Shown here: piece by piece, positions 1-9,235 of the stretch
Numbering within the stretch: position 1 is the first letter of the stretch
Layout: each line of letters starts with the position of its first letter
NCBI GenBank assembly: GCA_963662945.1
Contig: OY759974.1
Span: 480,001 to 544,000, forward strand
DNA: 64,000 nucleotides
Direction of reading: 5' to 3'
Source: Arcobacteraceae bacterium
GTDB lineage: Bacteria > Campylobacterota > Campylobacteria > Campylobacterales > Arcobacteraceae
The notes under the pieces: model-generated
The model's database searches: none
What the model was told of the DNA's origin: nothing
The model's input: the letters and a program-made list of their open reading frames with translations, nothing else
Program-made: the position numbers and the translations under genes

Positions 1-975
1 ATCCCAAACAGGCTTTGGAACATCCCCATTAATTGTTGGACTTCCTATAATAATACCTGTACTCTCTTCTAAAATTGTAAGCATATTTTGTTCATCAAGT
101 GCAGTTAAATCATAAATATTTGCTATTAAATTATCATTTGATTCAATACCATCATAAATACTTTCTGCCATATCTTTTGTATTTTTATAACTTGTTACAT
201 AAAAAATTGAAACAACTTTTTTACCATGTCGTAAATCTTCTTTATTACTCCATTTTGCATACTTATCTATGTATTTTTGAGGATCATTTCGCATAATTGG
301 ACCATGAAGATTACAAATCATATCAATTTTACATTTTTCATACAATCGTAAAGCATTTAAAACATCTGTTTTAAATGGTCGCATAATATGGTCATAATAG
401 TATTTAAATGCATAGTCAAAATCTCCCACTAAATCATCAAATAACCTATCATCAAAATAATGGCTTCCAAAAACATCACCACTAAATAATATCTCATCTT
501 CTACTAAATAACTACTCATAGTTTCAGGCCAATGAAGATTTGGTGTACTTAAAAACTTTAATGTTTTATTTCCAATTTTAAGTTCTTTATTTGTCCAAAC
601 ATTTTCAAGATTCATATCATCTGTTTTAGCAATTGATTTTAACATAGGACGAGCCATAGGAGAGATAAATACTTTAGCATTGTTTGTTCGTTTAACTAGT
701 TCAGGTAAAGCACCACTGTGATCTGGTTCTAAGTGGTGCATCACAATATATTTTATATCTTCATATTTACAAACAGATTCTATTTTTTTGAAAAACTCAT
801 CTTGAAACTCTAACTTAACAGTATCAAAGATTACAATACCATCTGTTGTTTTAAGCAAATAAGAATTATAAGTAGTACCATTTGCCGTTTTCATAATAAT
901 GTCAAATGTTCGAATATCTGGGTCACTGACCCCAATATAAAAAAGGTCTTTTTTTATTTGTATTGCTTGTTTCAT
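1..975 (-). CDS. fprA: Flavodiiron (A-type) flavoprotein, metallo-beta-lactamase + flavodoxin domains; C-terminus runs off the window
   Basis: Not in ORF track; manual translation from ATG at 975: MKQAIQIKKDLFYIGVSDPDIRTFD...GTTYNSYL...HLEPDHSG...HWPETM...LFSGDVFGSH...HGP...GSPTINGD, the diiron and flavodoxin motifs of FprA. Confidence 0.92.
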   Translation of the reverse strand, partial: MKQAIQIKKDLFYIGVSDPDIRTFDIIMKTANGTTYNSYLLKTTDGIVIFDTVKLEFQDEFFKKIESVCKYEDIKYIVMHHLEPDHSGALPELVKRTNNAKVFISPMARPMLKSIAKTDDMNLENVWTNKELKIGNKTLKFLSTPNLHWPETMSSYLVEDEILFSGDVFGSHYFDDRLFDDLVGDFDYAFKYYYDHIMRPFKTDVLNALRLYEKCKIDMICNLHGPIMRNDPQKYIDKYAKWSNKEDLRHGKKVVSIFYVTSYKNTKDMAESIYDGIESNDNLIANIYDLTALDEQNMLTILEESTGIIIGSPTINGDVPKPVWD

Positions 976-1000
976 AGTTATCTTTATGCAATAACTATTC

Positions 1001-1900
1001 CTATTTTAGCTCAAGAGCCTTTTTTACACAAGATTCTAAAGAAGTGTTATCAGAAATAACTGGTTTTATATACTCTGGAAAGAATTTTGCAGTGGTATGT
1101 CCTATACTTATAGCTGTAAAAGTTTCATCCCAAGTTACATTTTTAAGAAAACACTCTATTGTCGATGGAGAAGAAAAAATAATAGTAGAGTGTTTAGGGA
1201 GTTTTATCTTTTTCTTATACTCTTTACACACAGTTTCATATACAACTAAATTATCACATTGTATTTTATTTTGTTGTAAAATATCTACAAGATTAGAAAC
1301 TATTTTAGCACCACCAACATACAATGCTTTTTTCCCTTTTAGTTCTTTAATTATCTCTTTTGCAAATTCATCTCCATGATGTTCATGACCAACTAACTGT
1401 AACTTTCCGCCTAATGACTTCACTACTTTTGCAGTTTGAGGAGCTATTGCATAAGATGGTATTTTCTTCCAAGTATCATCCATATTGTTTAAAGCTTTTA
1501 TTGCATTTTTAGAAGTAAAAATAAGTGCATCATATCCTGCTAAGTTAATATTTTGTTTTTTATATTTAATATCAATTACTGGGATACTTTTTGTATGTTT
1601 TATATTTTTTTCACTTAAAATATATATTTTTTTATTACTATTTTTTATCCCTTTAAAAATATTTTTTATTCGTTGTTTAAGTCTTATTAAAAATCTATCT
1701 TCATAAGATATCACTATATCTTTATTTTCATCTATAAAAAAATCAATATCATTTTTTGATAAGGTATAGGTAATCTTAATAAGTTCTTCGTAGGCATTCT
1801 CTTTTGGTGCATTCGTATCCACAAAAAGGGTATTTGAAGGTAGGTCATATTCATAGTACAATAAATTTAAAGGTTCTAATAATTTTTTAATTTTGTCCAT
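1001..1900 (-). CDS. hemD: Uroporphyrinogen-III synthase with an ~90-aa N-terminal extension
   Basis: YDALIFTSKNAI, AIAPQTA, VVYET, IIFSSPSTIECF, SIGHTTA motifs. Start placed at MDKIKK (1900) because the ORF-track start (1987) overlaps sfsA. Confidence 0.82.
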   Translation of the reverse strand: MDKIKKLLEPLNLLYYEYDLPSNTLFVDTNAPKENAYEELIKITYTLSKNDIDFFIDENKDIVISYEDRFLIRLKQRIKNIFKGIKNSNKKIYILSEKNIKHTKSIPVIDIKYKKQNINLAGYDALIFTSKNAIKALNNMDDTWKKIPSYAIAPQTAKVVKSLGGKLQLVGHEHHGDEFAKEIIKELKGKKALYVGGAKIVSNLVDILQQNKIQCDNLVVYETVCKEYKKKIKLPKHSTIIFSSPSTIECFLKNVTWDETFTAISIGHTTAKFFPEYIKPVISDNTSLESCVKKALELK

Positions 1901-1963
1901 TTTAAAGTTCCAGATTATTTTATTTGGATATATTACTACAATAGTAATAAGGATAAAGTAAAA

Positions 1964-2650
1964 ATGAAATTTAATACACTTCATCATGGAAAACTTATAA
2001 AAAGATATAAAAGATTTTTAGCAGACATAGAGCTTGACAATCATGAAATTATAACAGCACACGTGCCAAATAGTGGAGCAATGACCTCTACAATAGAAAC
2101 TAACTGTGACGTTTGGGTAAGTTTTCATGATAATCCCAAAAGGAAACTAAAATACACCCTAGAACTTACAAAATTGTATAATCAATATATTTGTACAAAC
2201 ACTAATGTAGCAAATAAACTAGCCATAGAAGCTATACAAAATGGTACAATTAAAGAATTGCAAAATTATTCAACTTTGAAACCTGAACAAAAATATGGAC
2301 AAAATAGTCGTATCGATATCTTACTTGAGAATGAAAATAAAAAATGTTATGTAGAGGTAAAAAGTGTAACATTAAAAATTGATAACTATTTAGCATTTCC
2401 TGATTCTGTTACATCAAGAGGAGAAAAACATCTTAATGAATTACTTCAAATGGTAAAAGATGGGCATAGAGCAGTTATGCTTTATATTATCCAAAGAACA
2501 GATGATTTACCTTTTAGAATAGCAAATGAGATTGATAAAAAATATTATGAAAGTTTTTTAGAGGTTACAGAACAAGGAGTGGAAGTATTAGTTTATCAAT
2601 CAACTATATCTCAACAAGAAATTGTTATAAATCAAAAAATAGAATTTTAA
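1964..2650 (+). CDS. sfsA: DNA/RNA nuclease SfsA (sugar fermentation stimulation protein)
   Basis: KRYKRFLAD, AHVPNSGAM, SRIDILL, YVEVKSVTL, FPDSVTSRGEKHLNEL. Confidence 0.95.
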   Translation: MKFNTLHHGKLIKRYKRFLADIELDNHEIITAHVPNSGAMTSTIETNCDVWVSFHDNPKRKLKYTLELTKLYNQYICTNTNVANKLAIEAIQNGTIKELQNYSTLKPEQKYGQNSRIDILLENENKKCYVEVKSVTLKIDNYLAFPDSVTSRGEKHLNELLQMVKDGHRAVMLYIIQRTDDLPFRIANEIDKKYYESFLEVTEQGVEVLVYQSTISQQEIVINQKIEF

Positions 2651-3819
2651 CTTCTATTTTTTTCTCCATAAATTTTAATTGTATCTCTACCACTTCCTTT
2701 AGCTTCATATAGAGCTAAATCTGCTAATTTAAATGCAGTTAAAAAGTTTTTTGATTTAGCTGGTTCCGTATTAATTCCTATAGATACTGTAATATGAATA
2801 TAATCTTCACTGTTTATAAACATTTTATGCTCTTTTATATTTTGAAATATTCTTTTTATTACATTAAGTGCGATATCTGTTTTTTCAGATTTTGTCTTAA
2901 TCAAAATTACAAATTCTTCTCCACCATAGCGAATAACAAAATCCTCTTCAACCCTAATTGTATGAAGTAATACATTTCCTACTTCACGAAGTACAATATC
3001 TCCAATATCATGTCCATAAGTATCATTAACATTTTTAAAATAATCAATATCAAGTGCAGCAATAATAAATTCATCTAATTCAATTGTATCTTGAATTTCA
3101 TGAAGATAGTTTCTATTATATGTATTTGTTAACTTATCTACATATGATGATTTTTTCATCTTTCTATATTTGATAAACTGCATTGCAACAATACAAAAAA
3201 AGATAAATATTATAGTTAAAATAAAAAACAATCCACTTTTCATCATTGTAATAATTTGATTTATCTTTTCTAATTTATCAACAGAAAAATCTATGACTAA
3301 TACTAATGTTACTTCGTCTTGATAAAGAATTGGAACTAAATAACTTAATGATAACTTTCGTATTAACGTATGTTTAATTACAACTGGCTCTTTTGTTTTA
3401 TAAAGTTCAAACCATTGATTACTCGTAATATCAAATTTTTGATTTATCATCGCTTTTTCTTCACTAGGAGAACCATCTACTAAAAATCGAAAAGTATTTT
3501 TTTTATCTTTATACAGTAAATAAGTATATTTTATATTAGGTGTTAGAAGATTTTTTAGTTGTATCTCCAAATTTTGCTGTAATTGTGTATTCTTTTTTAT
3601 ATCTTCTATATAATTTGTACTATCTTTTAAAATCAATTTAATATGTTCTGCTTTATTTTGTGTTATATGCATTACATCTGTAGTCGCTATTTTAAACATC
3701 TCATCTTCAATATTTTTTTCATACTCTAAAATAATATATAACAAAAATATCAGGAAAGGAACTATAATAAACATTATACTCACAAAAAAATAAGTATTTT
3801 TAAAAATTGATTTAGTCAT
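2647..3819 (-). CDS. Membrane-bound sensor diguanylate cyclase (2 TM, periplasmic domain, GGEEF)
   Basis: Two hydrophobic segments; DKLTNTYNR, DIDYFKNVNDTYGHDIGD, RYGGEEF, ADLALYEAKGSGRD. Confidence 0.93.
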   Translation of the reverse strand: MTKSIFKNTYFFVSIMFIIVPFLIFLLYIILEYEKNIEDEMFKIATTDVMHITQNKAEHIKLILKDSTNYIEDIKKNTQLQQNLEIQLKNLLTPNIKYTYLLYKDKKNTFRFLVDGSPSEEKAMINQKFDITSNQWFELYKTKEPVVIKHTLIRKLSLSYLVPILYQDEVTLVLVIDFSVDKLEKINQIITMMKSGLFFILTIIFIFFCIVAMQFIKYRKMKKSSYVDKLTNTYNRNYLHEIQDTIELDEFIIAALDIDYFKNVNDTYGHDIGDIVLREVGNVLLHTIRVEEDFVIRYGGEEFVILIKTKSEKTDIALNVIKRIFQNIKEHKMFINSEDYIHITVSIGINTEPAKSKNFLTAFKLADLALYEAKGSGRDTIKIYGEKNRS

Positions 3820-4270
3820 TTATATCTTCTATATATTTTGAATATTCTTTAGATAATTGTACGTGGTTCTCTTCTAATCGTTGTTTAATAAATACTATAT
3901 TTGGTCTACTTTTGCTCCAAAAAAATGCTCCATAATATTGCTTATTTACCATAAGCCTTCTATAGTTATTTGTAAAAAAGAGTTTACCTAATTTTTTACA
4001 CTCATTACTTACTAAGCCTTTATTATCAAAAATAAAATTTGCTTCTTTACAATCATCTGTAAGAGTAAAAAATTGAGAATATATCTCTTTTTCTTGTACT
4101 GAAATTTCAGGAATATATAATATTACTTTTTCTTTAAGAGAAGATGTTGCGATTTTTGAAATTATCTTTGCTTCGAATTCTATCTCCTTATCATATGTAT
4201 TAACTAAAAAAACATGTTGTTCACTAAAAGAAAAAGAAATAACTGTTAGTAATAAAATTAGTATTTTCAT
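3812..4270 (-). CDS. Small exported protein of unknown function, positioned like YfiR between a TBDR and a DGC
   Basis: Signal peptide MKILILLLTVISFSFS; ATG overlaps the TBDR stop (TAATG) and the end overlaps the DGC start. Confidence 0.7.
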   Translation of the reverse strand: MKILILLLTVISFSFSEQHVFLVNTYDKEIEFEAKIISKIATSSLKEKVILYIPEISVQEKEIYSQFFTLTDDCKEANFIFDNKGLVSNECKKLGKLFFTNNYRRLMVNKQYYGAFFWSKSRPNIVFIKQRLEENHVQLSKEYSKYIEDIND

Positions 4271-6198
4271 TAAAACACCCACTTCATACTAAGAGTTACT
4301 TCTCTTTGATAATCTTCTAAAGCAAAAGGAGTTCCCGTAAATAATCCCTCTTTATAAAGTGATTTTGTAGATTTATCAAGAAGATTTTCCCCTTTAAGAC
4401 TTATTGATTGATGTTTTGAAAGATGATAGGTAAATCCTAGATTAAGGTTATAACTATCTTTTACATTAACTGTAGTAAATCTATATGCATTTTTATATAT
4501 TAATGAAGTGAAATAATCAAGTTTATCATATTCACCTGTAAACTTAATATAACCACCTTTATTTGAATTATTTAAAGTTTCACTGAGTTTTGTTGTAAAA
4601 TAATTTAACTCTAATTTATGATTTAATGAAAGCTCATAGGTATAATCAAAAATCCAATTTTTTGTTTTAATTGTATGATCATTAATATTTGTAAAGCCAA
4701 CTGGAGTATAATAAATAAAATTTTCAATCTTAACATCATTATACAAAATACTTAATCGAGATTTTTCATCTGCATATACACCTTCAATAGTGTAATATTT
4801 ATATTCTTGATTTTTAAGATTAAGTCTATTTGGATTTGTAATATCTGAATAATCAATATTATAAAATGATGGTGCTAAAGATGTCTTAGTAACAAAGCTT
4901 TTTAATCCAAAATGTTCTAAAGGGCTATAAATAGCTCCTATTCTATAATGTTCTGTATTAAAATCTTCTAACCCACCATTTCTCTTATATTTATCTACTT
5001 TGGCATTTCCTATTACTAACAAATCATCATGAAGTTTATAATCATCTTGGATAAATAAAGAACTAATAGTTTCTGTATCAAATCCATTAAAAGCTCCAAT
5101 TTCAGTAGTAGTATTAAGAAAATTGACTGTCGTATTTTGTTTTGTTTTATATTTTTTATTTTGAATAGAAGTTCCAATAAGAAAGTTATTACCTCTAATT
5201 GAAAAACTTTTTGATAATAATCCACTATATTTTTTAAATTGAGTATTTTGATAATATTCTTTTGGAATTGTCGTACCTAAACTAGCCATATTCAATGCAG
5301 GTATTATCTCTAACCCAGCACTATTTCGTTCTTCATATTGTAGTTCATTAAAATCATAAGATAAATTTAATTTTAATGATTTATCATCTAAAAAATAGCT
5401 TGTTATATCAAAAAAATAATTTTTTGATTTTATCTTACCATCATCAGGAACTACATCTAAAGCAAATCCTGTATAATTATCTTTTTCTAAATCAGTATAT
5501 CCAAAATTAACACTTGAACTTTCTTTTTGCCCATTAAAATAAAAATAATTCCTACTAGAATTATTATGTAATTGTTGTGTTTTATAATTTTGTTTTTCAT
5601 GTACCTTGCTATTATTAAAATAAGCAAGATATGACCAACCATTGCTTAAAACATCTGCATGACTTATACTTTTAGAATTTGTCCCATGAGAAGCAATAGT
5701 TCCAACTATTTGTGACCCATTCTCTTTTAAAGGGTTTTTTGTATACACTCGTATAAAAAATATCCCTGCATCACTTCCTAATGCAAAAGAACTATTTCCT
5801 CTATATACTTCTATATAATCTACAAAATCTAAAGGAAGATTTATCCATGAGAAAGAGGGAGATTGCATATAGATTGAACTAACTTCATGATCATTGATAA
5901 ACAATCGAAAAAATCCACTTACATCTGTTTTACTTCCAGAGAGAGAAAGATTTGAAACACCTAATTTATTAGTATTAAAATTATTTATTGGAAATTCTTT
6001 TAAAATATCAGAAAGTGTAGTATATTGCATACGTTTTAATTCTTCCTGAGAATAAATAGTCACATTTCCCAATTTTTCATCGACAGTTTTAAGGGATTTT
6101 TTAGTACTTGATTCATACTCTTGAAGTAAAGTATCTATATTTTGAGCATACATAAAATTTATACATATAAAAAAAATAAATAAGATATACTTATACAT
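4270..6198 (-). CDS. TonB-dependent outer-membrane receptor
   Basis: Signal peptide; plug motifs (TIYSQEELKRM..TLSDILK, VDYIEVYRGNSS); GENLLDK; C-terminal ...SMKWVF. Confidence 0.88.
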   Translation of the reverse strand: MYKYILFIFFICINFMYAQNIDTLLQEYESSTKKSLKTVDEKLGNVTIYSQEELKRMQYTTLSDILKEFPINNFNTNKLGVSNLSLSGSKTDVSGFFRLFINDHEVSSIYMQSPSFSWINLPLDFVDYIEVYRGNSSFALGSDAGIFFIRVYTKNPLKENGSQIVGTIASHGTNSKSISHADVLSNGWSYLAYFNNSKVHEKQNYKTQQLHNNSSRNYFYFNGQKESSSVNFGYTDLEKDNYTGFALDVVPDDGKIKSKNYFFDITSYFLDDKSLKLNLSYDFNELQYEERNSAGLEIIPALNMASLGTTIPKEYYQNTQFKKYSGLLSKSFSIRGNNFLIGTSIQNKKYKTKQNTTVNFLNTTTEIGAFNGFDTETISSLFIQDDYKLHDDLLVIGNAKVDKYKRNGGLEDFNTEHYRIGAIYSPLEHFGLKSFVTKTSLAPSFYNIDYSDITNPNRLNLKNQEYKYYTIEGVYADEKSRLSILYNDVKIENFIYYTPVGFTNINDHTIKTKNWIFDYTYELSLNHKLELNYFTTKLSETLNNSNKGGYIKFTGEYDKLDYFTSLIYKNAYRFTTVNVKDSYNLNLGFTYHLSKHQSISLKGENLLDKSTKSLYKEGLFTGTPFALEDYQREVTLSMKWVF

Positions 6199-6251
6199 AA
6201 ATTACTCCACTAAATTTTGCTTATTCTAGTGAAATAATCATTAAAAGATGG

Positions 6252-6626
6252 TTATTGATTTTGATTTTTTAAAAGTATTCTTTTGAGCCAAAGTGGTGCA
6301 TTTCCTTGCATCATTTTTTGTAATGATTGTATCACATCTTCTATTCTTTCAGCTTCATGAGATGACTTCATTGGATAGATACCACACTTTTGTACCATAT
6401 TGGCAGCTTTTGGTCCTATTTGAGATACATAAACGATGTCGCTATCTTCTAAACAATTGATTTTATATTCTAATTTATCCACCTCATCATCAAACTTTAG
6501 TGAAGAATCAACTTCATTAATAAGTTCATAATCATCTTCAGAAACTTCATAAATATAAAACATCTCACACCAACCAAAATGTTGGTTTACATGAACATTA
6601 TCTTTTGATGCAAATGCTATTTTCAT
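6252..6626 (-). CDS. nifX: FeMo-cofactor carrier NifX
   Basis: MKIAFAS..VNQHFGW..., DKLEYKI, IGPKAA, PLWLKR closely follow NifX. Confidence 0.85.
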   Translation of the reverse strand: MKIAFASKDNVHVNQHFGWCEMFYIYEVSEDDYELINEVDSSLKFDDEVDKLEYKINCLEDSDIVYVSQIGPKAANMVQKCGIYPMKSSHEAERIEDVIQSLQKMMQGNAPLWLKRILLKNQNQ

Positions 6627-6641
6627 AAATTTGTCCTAGTG

Positions 6642-7613
6642 TTAGATAATATATATCTGTATATTCTCATCAATGATTTGAGAAAGTGTATTTTTAATCA
6701 TATCATAAGTACTTGTAGCACCCAAGCTACACCCAGCACAGGCACCTTGATATGCAAGTCTTATTTGAATCTCTGGTTCATTAATATAATCTAAAATCAT
6801 CATATCTCCACCATCTTTTACTAAAATTGGTCGAATATAACGGTCAAGTGCATCTGCTATAAGTTCATATTGCTCTTCATATGATTTTGCTCTAAATACT
6901 TGATTAAGTTCACATGTTTTATTTGGTAATTTATCAACACCACCCATTTGAGCTACTGCCATTGGATGACCAGATAGTGCTGCATTTAACATGGCATTAA
7001 AACCTTCTCTTACTCTATCTTCATTTGTTCTATCTTTTAAAAGAAGAAGCCCTAATCTAAAATTTGCACCTTGATGATTTTTTTTCACTGCAATTCTAAA
7101 ATAATCTATTGCTTTTTCTTCATCCTCTTCTACACCAATTTTTGATTGATACATAAGTGCCAAATTATATGTTGCAGAGTCATTTTCATAAACTGCACCT
7201 TTTTCAAACCACTCTCGAGCTTTGTCAAAGTCTTTTTCTACACCCTCACCTTTTAAGTACATCAAACCAATATTTGCCATTGCTTGGTCATTTTTGAGTT
7301 CTGCTTCTTTTTCCCAAATACTTAATGCTGTTGCAAAATCTTTTGCTCTATATGCTTTTAATGCTTCTCTATGTTCCATAAATCTAATTCCTTCTTTTGG
7401 ATTTGGGATCTCTTTCCCTAACTCTAATTGTTTTTTTATATGCTTTTCTAAATACTCAGTAGCTATCTCTATCGCTTCGTAATAATCTTCACTAGAACCT
7501 TTTATATCAAAGTCAGTATAAACTGCCAAATAAGCATCACCAACCTCATGTTCCCCTGGATAAACTTCAACTGGATAATCCAAACTCATATAGTATTCTA
7601 AATTTTTTTCCAT
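6642..7613 (-). CDS. Fusion of HicB-like domain, Sel1 repeats and NifU C-terminal (Nfu) CxxC domain
   Basis: N-term YPVEV..G.AY...D..G..EAIEIA.E.L...LELGKEIPNP; Sel1 repeats AMANIGLMYLKGEGVEKDFDKAREWF, ATYNLALMY..GVEEDEEKAIDYF, ANFRLGLLL; C-term IRPILVKDGGD..YQGACAGCS. Confidence 0.8.
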   Translation of the reverse strand: MEKNLEYYMSLDYPVEVYPGEHEVGDAYLAVYTDFDIKGSSEDYYEAIEIATEYLEKHIKKQLELGKEIPNPKEGIRFMEHREALKAYRAKDFATALSIWEKEAELKNDQAMANIGLMYLKGEGVEKDFDKAREWFEKGAVYENDSATYNLALMYQSKIGVEEDEEKAIDYFRIAVKKNHQGANFRLGLLLLKDRTNEDRVREGFNAMLNAALSGHPMAVAQMGGVDKLPNKTCELNQVFRAKSYEEQYELIADALDRYIRPILVKDGGDMMILDYINEPEIQIRLAYQGACAGCSLGATSTYDMIKNTLSQIIDENIQIYII

Positions 7614-7913
7614 CTAGCAACACTCCAACTCAACTTGATCTAGAACTTCTGTACCTTTTTGGAAATCAAACTCTTCAAATAAATCATGGATATAAAACAC
7701 ATTTGCACATACTAAATACAAAGTATCTTTTTCTTCCCCTTTACTCCAAACTTCTCGATAATTTTCTGGTATTTTATCCATAAAATTAACCCATAAACCA
7801 TTTTTCGATTCTGGTTTTGATTCAAAAAGTTCATTCATAGCATCAAGAACCAATGCAGCATTTTCATAACAATCTATATTGTTAAATGTAACATATCTAT
7901 CTTTTACTTCCAT
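7614..7913 (-). CDS. cowN: CowN-like protein protecting nitrogenase from CO
   Basis: 99 aa; N-term DRYVTF.NIDC and C-term LDQVELECC typical of CowN; nif context. Confidence 0.75.
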   Translation of the reverse strand: MEVKDRYVTFNNIDCYENAALVLDAMNELFESKPESKNGLWVNFMDKIPENYREVWSKGEEKDTLYLVCANVFYIHDLFEEFDFQKGTEVLDQVELECC

Positions 7914-7916
7914 AAT

Positions 7917-8309
7917 TTACTTATTATCCTCACAACCACAACTACAAGTTTCACCCTCACCAGGATTGAGTAGGTTTTTATAATTGTCATTTGTAAGTTT
8001 TACTAGTTTGTTATTATTAAAATTATTACATATATCTTCTATTGAATAAGTATTATAATCAGCAGTGTAAACATCCATACCATTTTTATCAAATGATTTA
8101 TAAACACCTTCACCCATATAATAAAATATAGTAGAATCTACACCTTTTGTTTTTAAGAAATCACCACTTTTAGGTCCTTCCCCTTGAACATCATTTGTTA
8201 TGATTTCATACTTACCTGTATGGGTATCTAGTAGTGCAAAATATGGAACTCTTCCATAAAGTTTTGAAATAGTTGTTGATTCTTTTGTATCGATTGGAAT
8301 TGCTAACAT
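7917..8309 (-). CDS. NifB/NifX-family (dinitrogenase FeMo-co binding) protein
   Basis: MLAIP....ISKLYGRVPYFALLD, MGEGVY..F...GMDVY; C-terminal CSCGC. Confidence 0.75.
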   Translation of the reverse strand: MLAIPIDTKESTTISKLYGRVPYFALLDTHTGKYEIITNDVQGEGPKSGDFLKTKGVDSTIFYYMGEGVYKSFDKNGMDVYTADYNTYSIEDICNNFNNNKLVKLTNDNYKNLLNPGEGETCSCGCEDNK

Positions 8310-8345
8310 TATAAATCCTTTTCTACATTTATATGCTAGTATATT

Positions 8346-8360
8346 TGCATAATCTATTCC
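8346..8360 (-). promoter_or_regulatory. Putative sigma54 (-24/-12) promoter of the NifX-like/cowN/Nfu/nifX operon
   Basis: Minus strand GGAATAGATTATGCA = GG-N10-GC, 36 nt before the ATG at 8309; 13/15 identical to the element before nifE. Confidence 0.7.
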
Positions 8361-9226
8361 CTAAATATTGTTTTATCTCGTCCTGTCAATTTTGCTTTGT
8401 ATAATAACTTATCTGCCTCTTTTAATAAATCATCAATTGTTAGAAAAGTATCATTGTATTGTGCAATTCCACTACTAATAGTAAAATTTACTTTTTTTGA
8501 TTCTACATCTAAAGTATCTGCTTTTATATTATTTCTTATAACTTCAAGAAGTTCAAAAAGTATTGCTTTACTTTCAAAATTACAAACAATTGCAAACTCT
8601 TCACCACCAAGTCGTCCAAATATACTCTGTGATGGAAGCATACTTTGAATCATCTTAGCTATTCTTTTTATCACAATATCCCCAATATGATGTCCATAAG
8701 TATCATTAATACTTTTAAAATTATCAATATCAATCATCACAGCAAATAGATCTTTTTGTTGAAATTCAAATCTTTCTTGTGCTAATTCAAAAAACTTTCT
8801 ACGATTTAAAATACCTGTCATAGTATCATGAGAAGATATATATTCAAGATTTTTTATCATACTTTGTAACTCTAATTGAGTTTTTACTCTAGCCATTAAT
8901 TCTTTAGGTTTAAATGGTTTAGAAACATAATCACTCCCACCAACTTCATAAGCTTTTTCAATACTATCTTCATCTGTTTTTGCAGTAATAAATATTATAG
9001 GAATTGCTTGAGTTTGAGGATTTTGTTTTAATTGTCTACACACTTCATATCCATCTATATTGGGCATCATAATATCAAGAAGTATTAGATTTGGTACCTC
9101 TTCATTTGCTATTTCTATAGCATTTTTTCCATCTAAAGCAACTATAACATCATACTTGTCCCCAAGTAATTCTACTAATATTTTTATATTTATTTTTGTA
9201 TCATCAATAACCAATATGGTTTCCAC
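8354..9226 (-). CDS. Response-regulator diguanylate cyclase (REC-GGDEF)
   Basis: ILVIDD, ILLDIMMP, SKPF; DIDNFKSINDTYGHHIGD, RLGGEEF; GTG start with AAGGA RBS. Confidence 0.93.
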   Translation of the reverse strand: METILVIDDTKINIKILVELLGDKYDVIVALDGKNAIEIANEEVPNLILLDIMMPNIDGYEVCRQLKQNPQTQAIPIIFITAKTDEDSIEKAYEVGGSDYVSKPFKPKELMARVKTQLELQSMIKNLEYISSHDTMTGILNRRKFFELAQERFEFQQKDLFAVMIDIDNFKSINDTYGHHIGDIVIKRIAKMIQSMLPSQSIFGRLGGEEFAIVCNFESKAILFELLEVIRNNIKADTLDVESKKVNFTISSGIAQYNDTFLTIDDLLKEADKLLYKAKLTGRDKTIFRE

Positions 9227-9235
9227 AATTTTCCT

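Noticed and set aside
99-296. Short ORF-track ORFs lying antisense to or inside real genes (e.g. 99-296, 1044-1379, 10530-10985, 37962-38345, 47340-47687, 61857-62132, 61969-62184)
   Set aside because: Shadow frames of well-supported genes; no recognisable motifs
6225-6246. Fur-box-like TAATGATTATTTCA before TBDR 4270-6198
   Set aside because: Only a partial match in very AT-rich DNA
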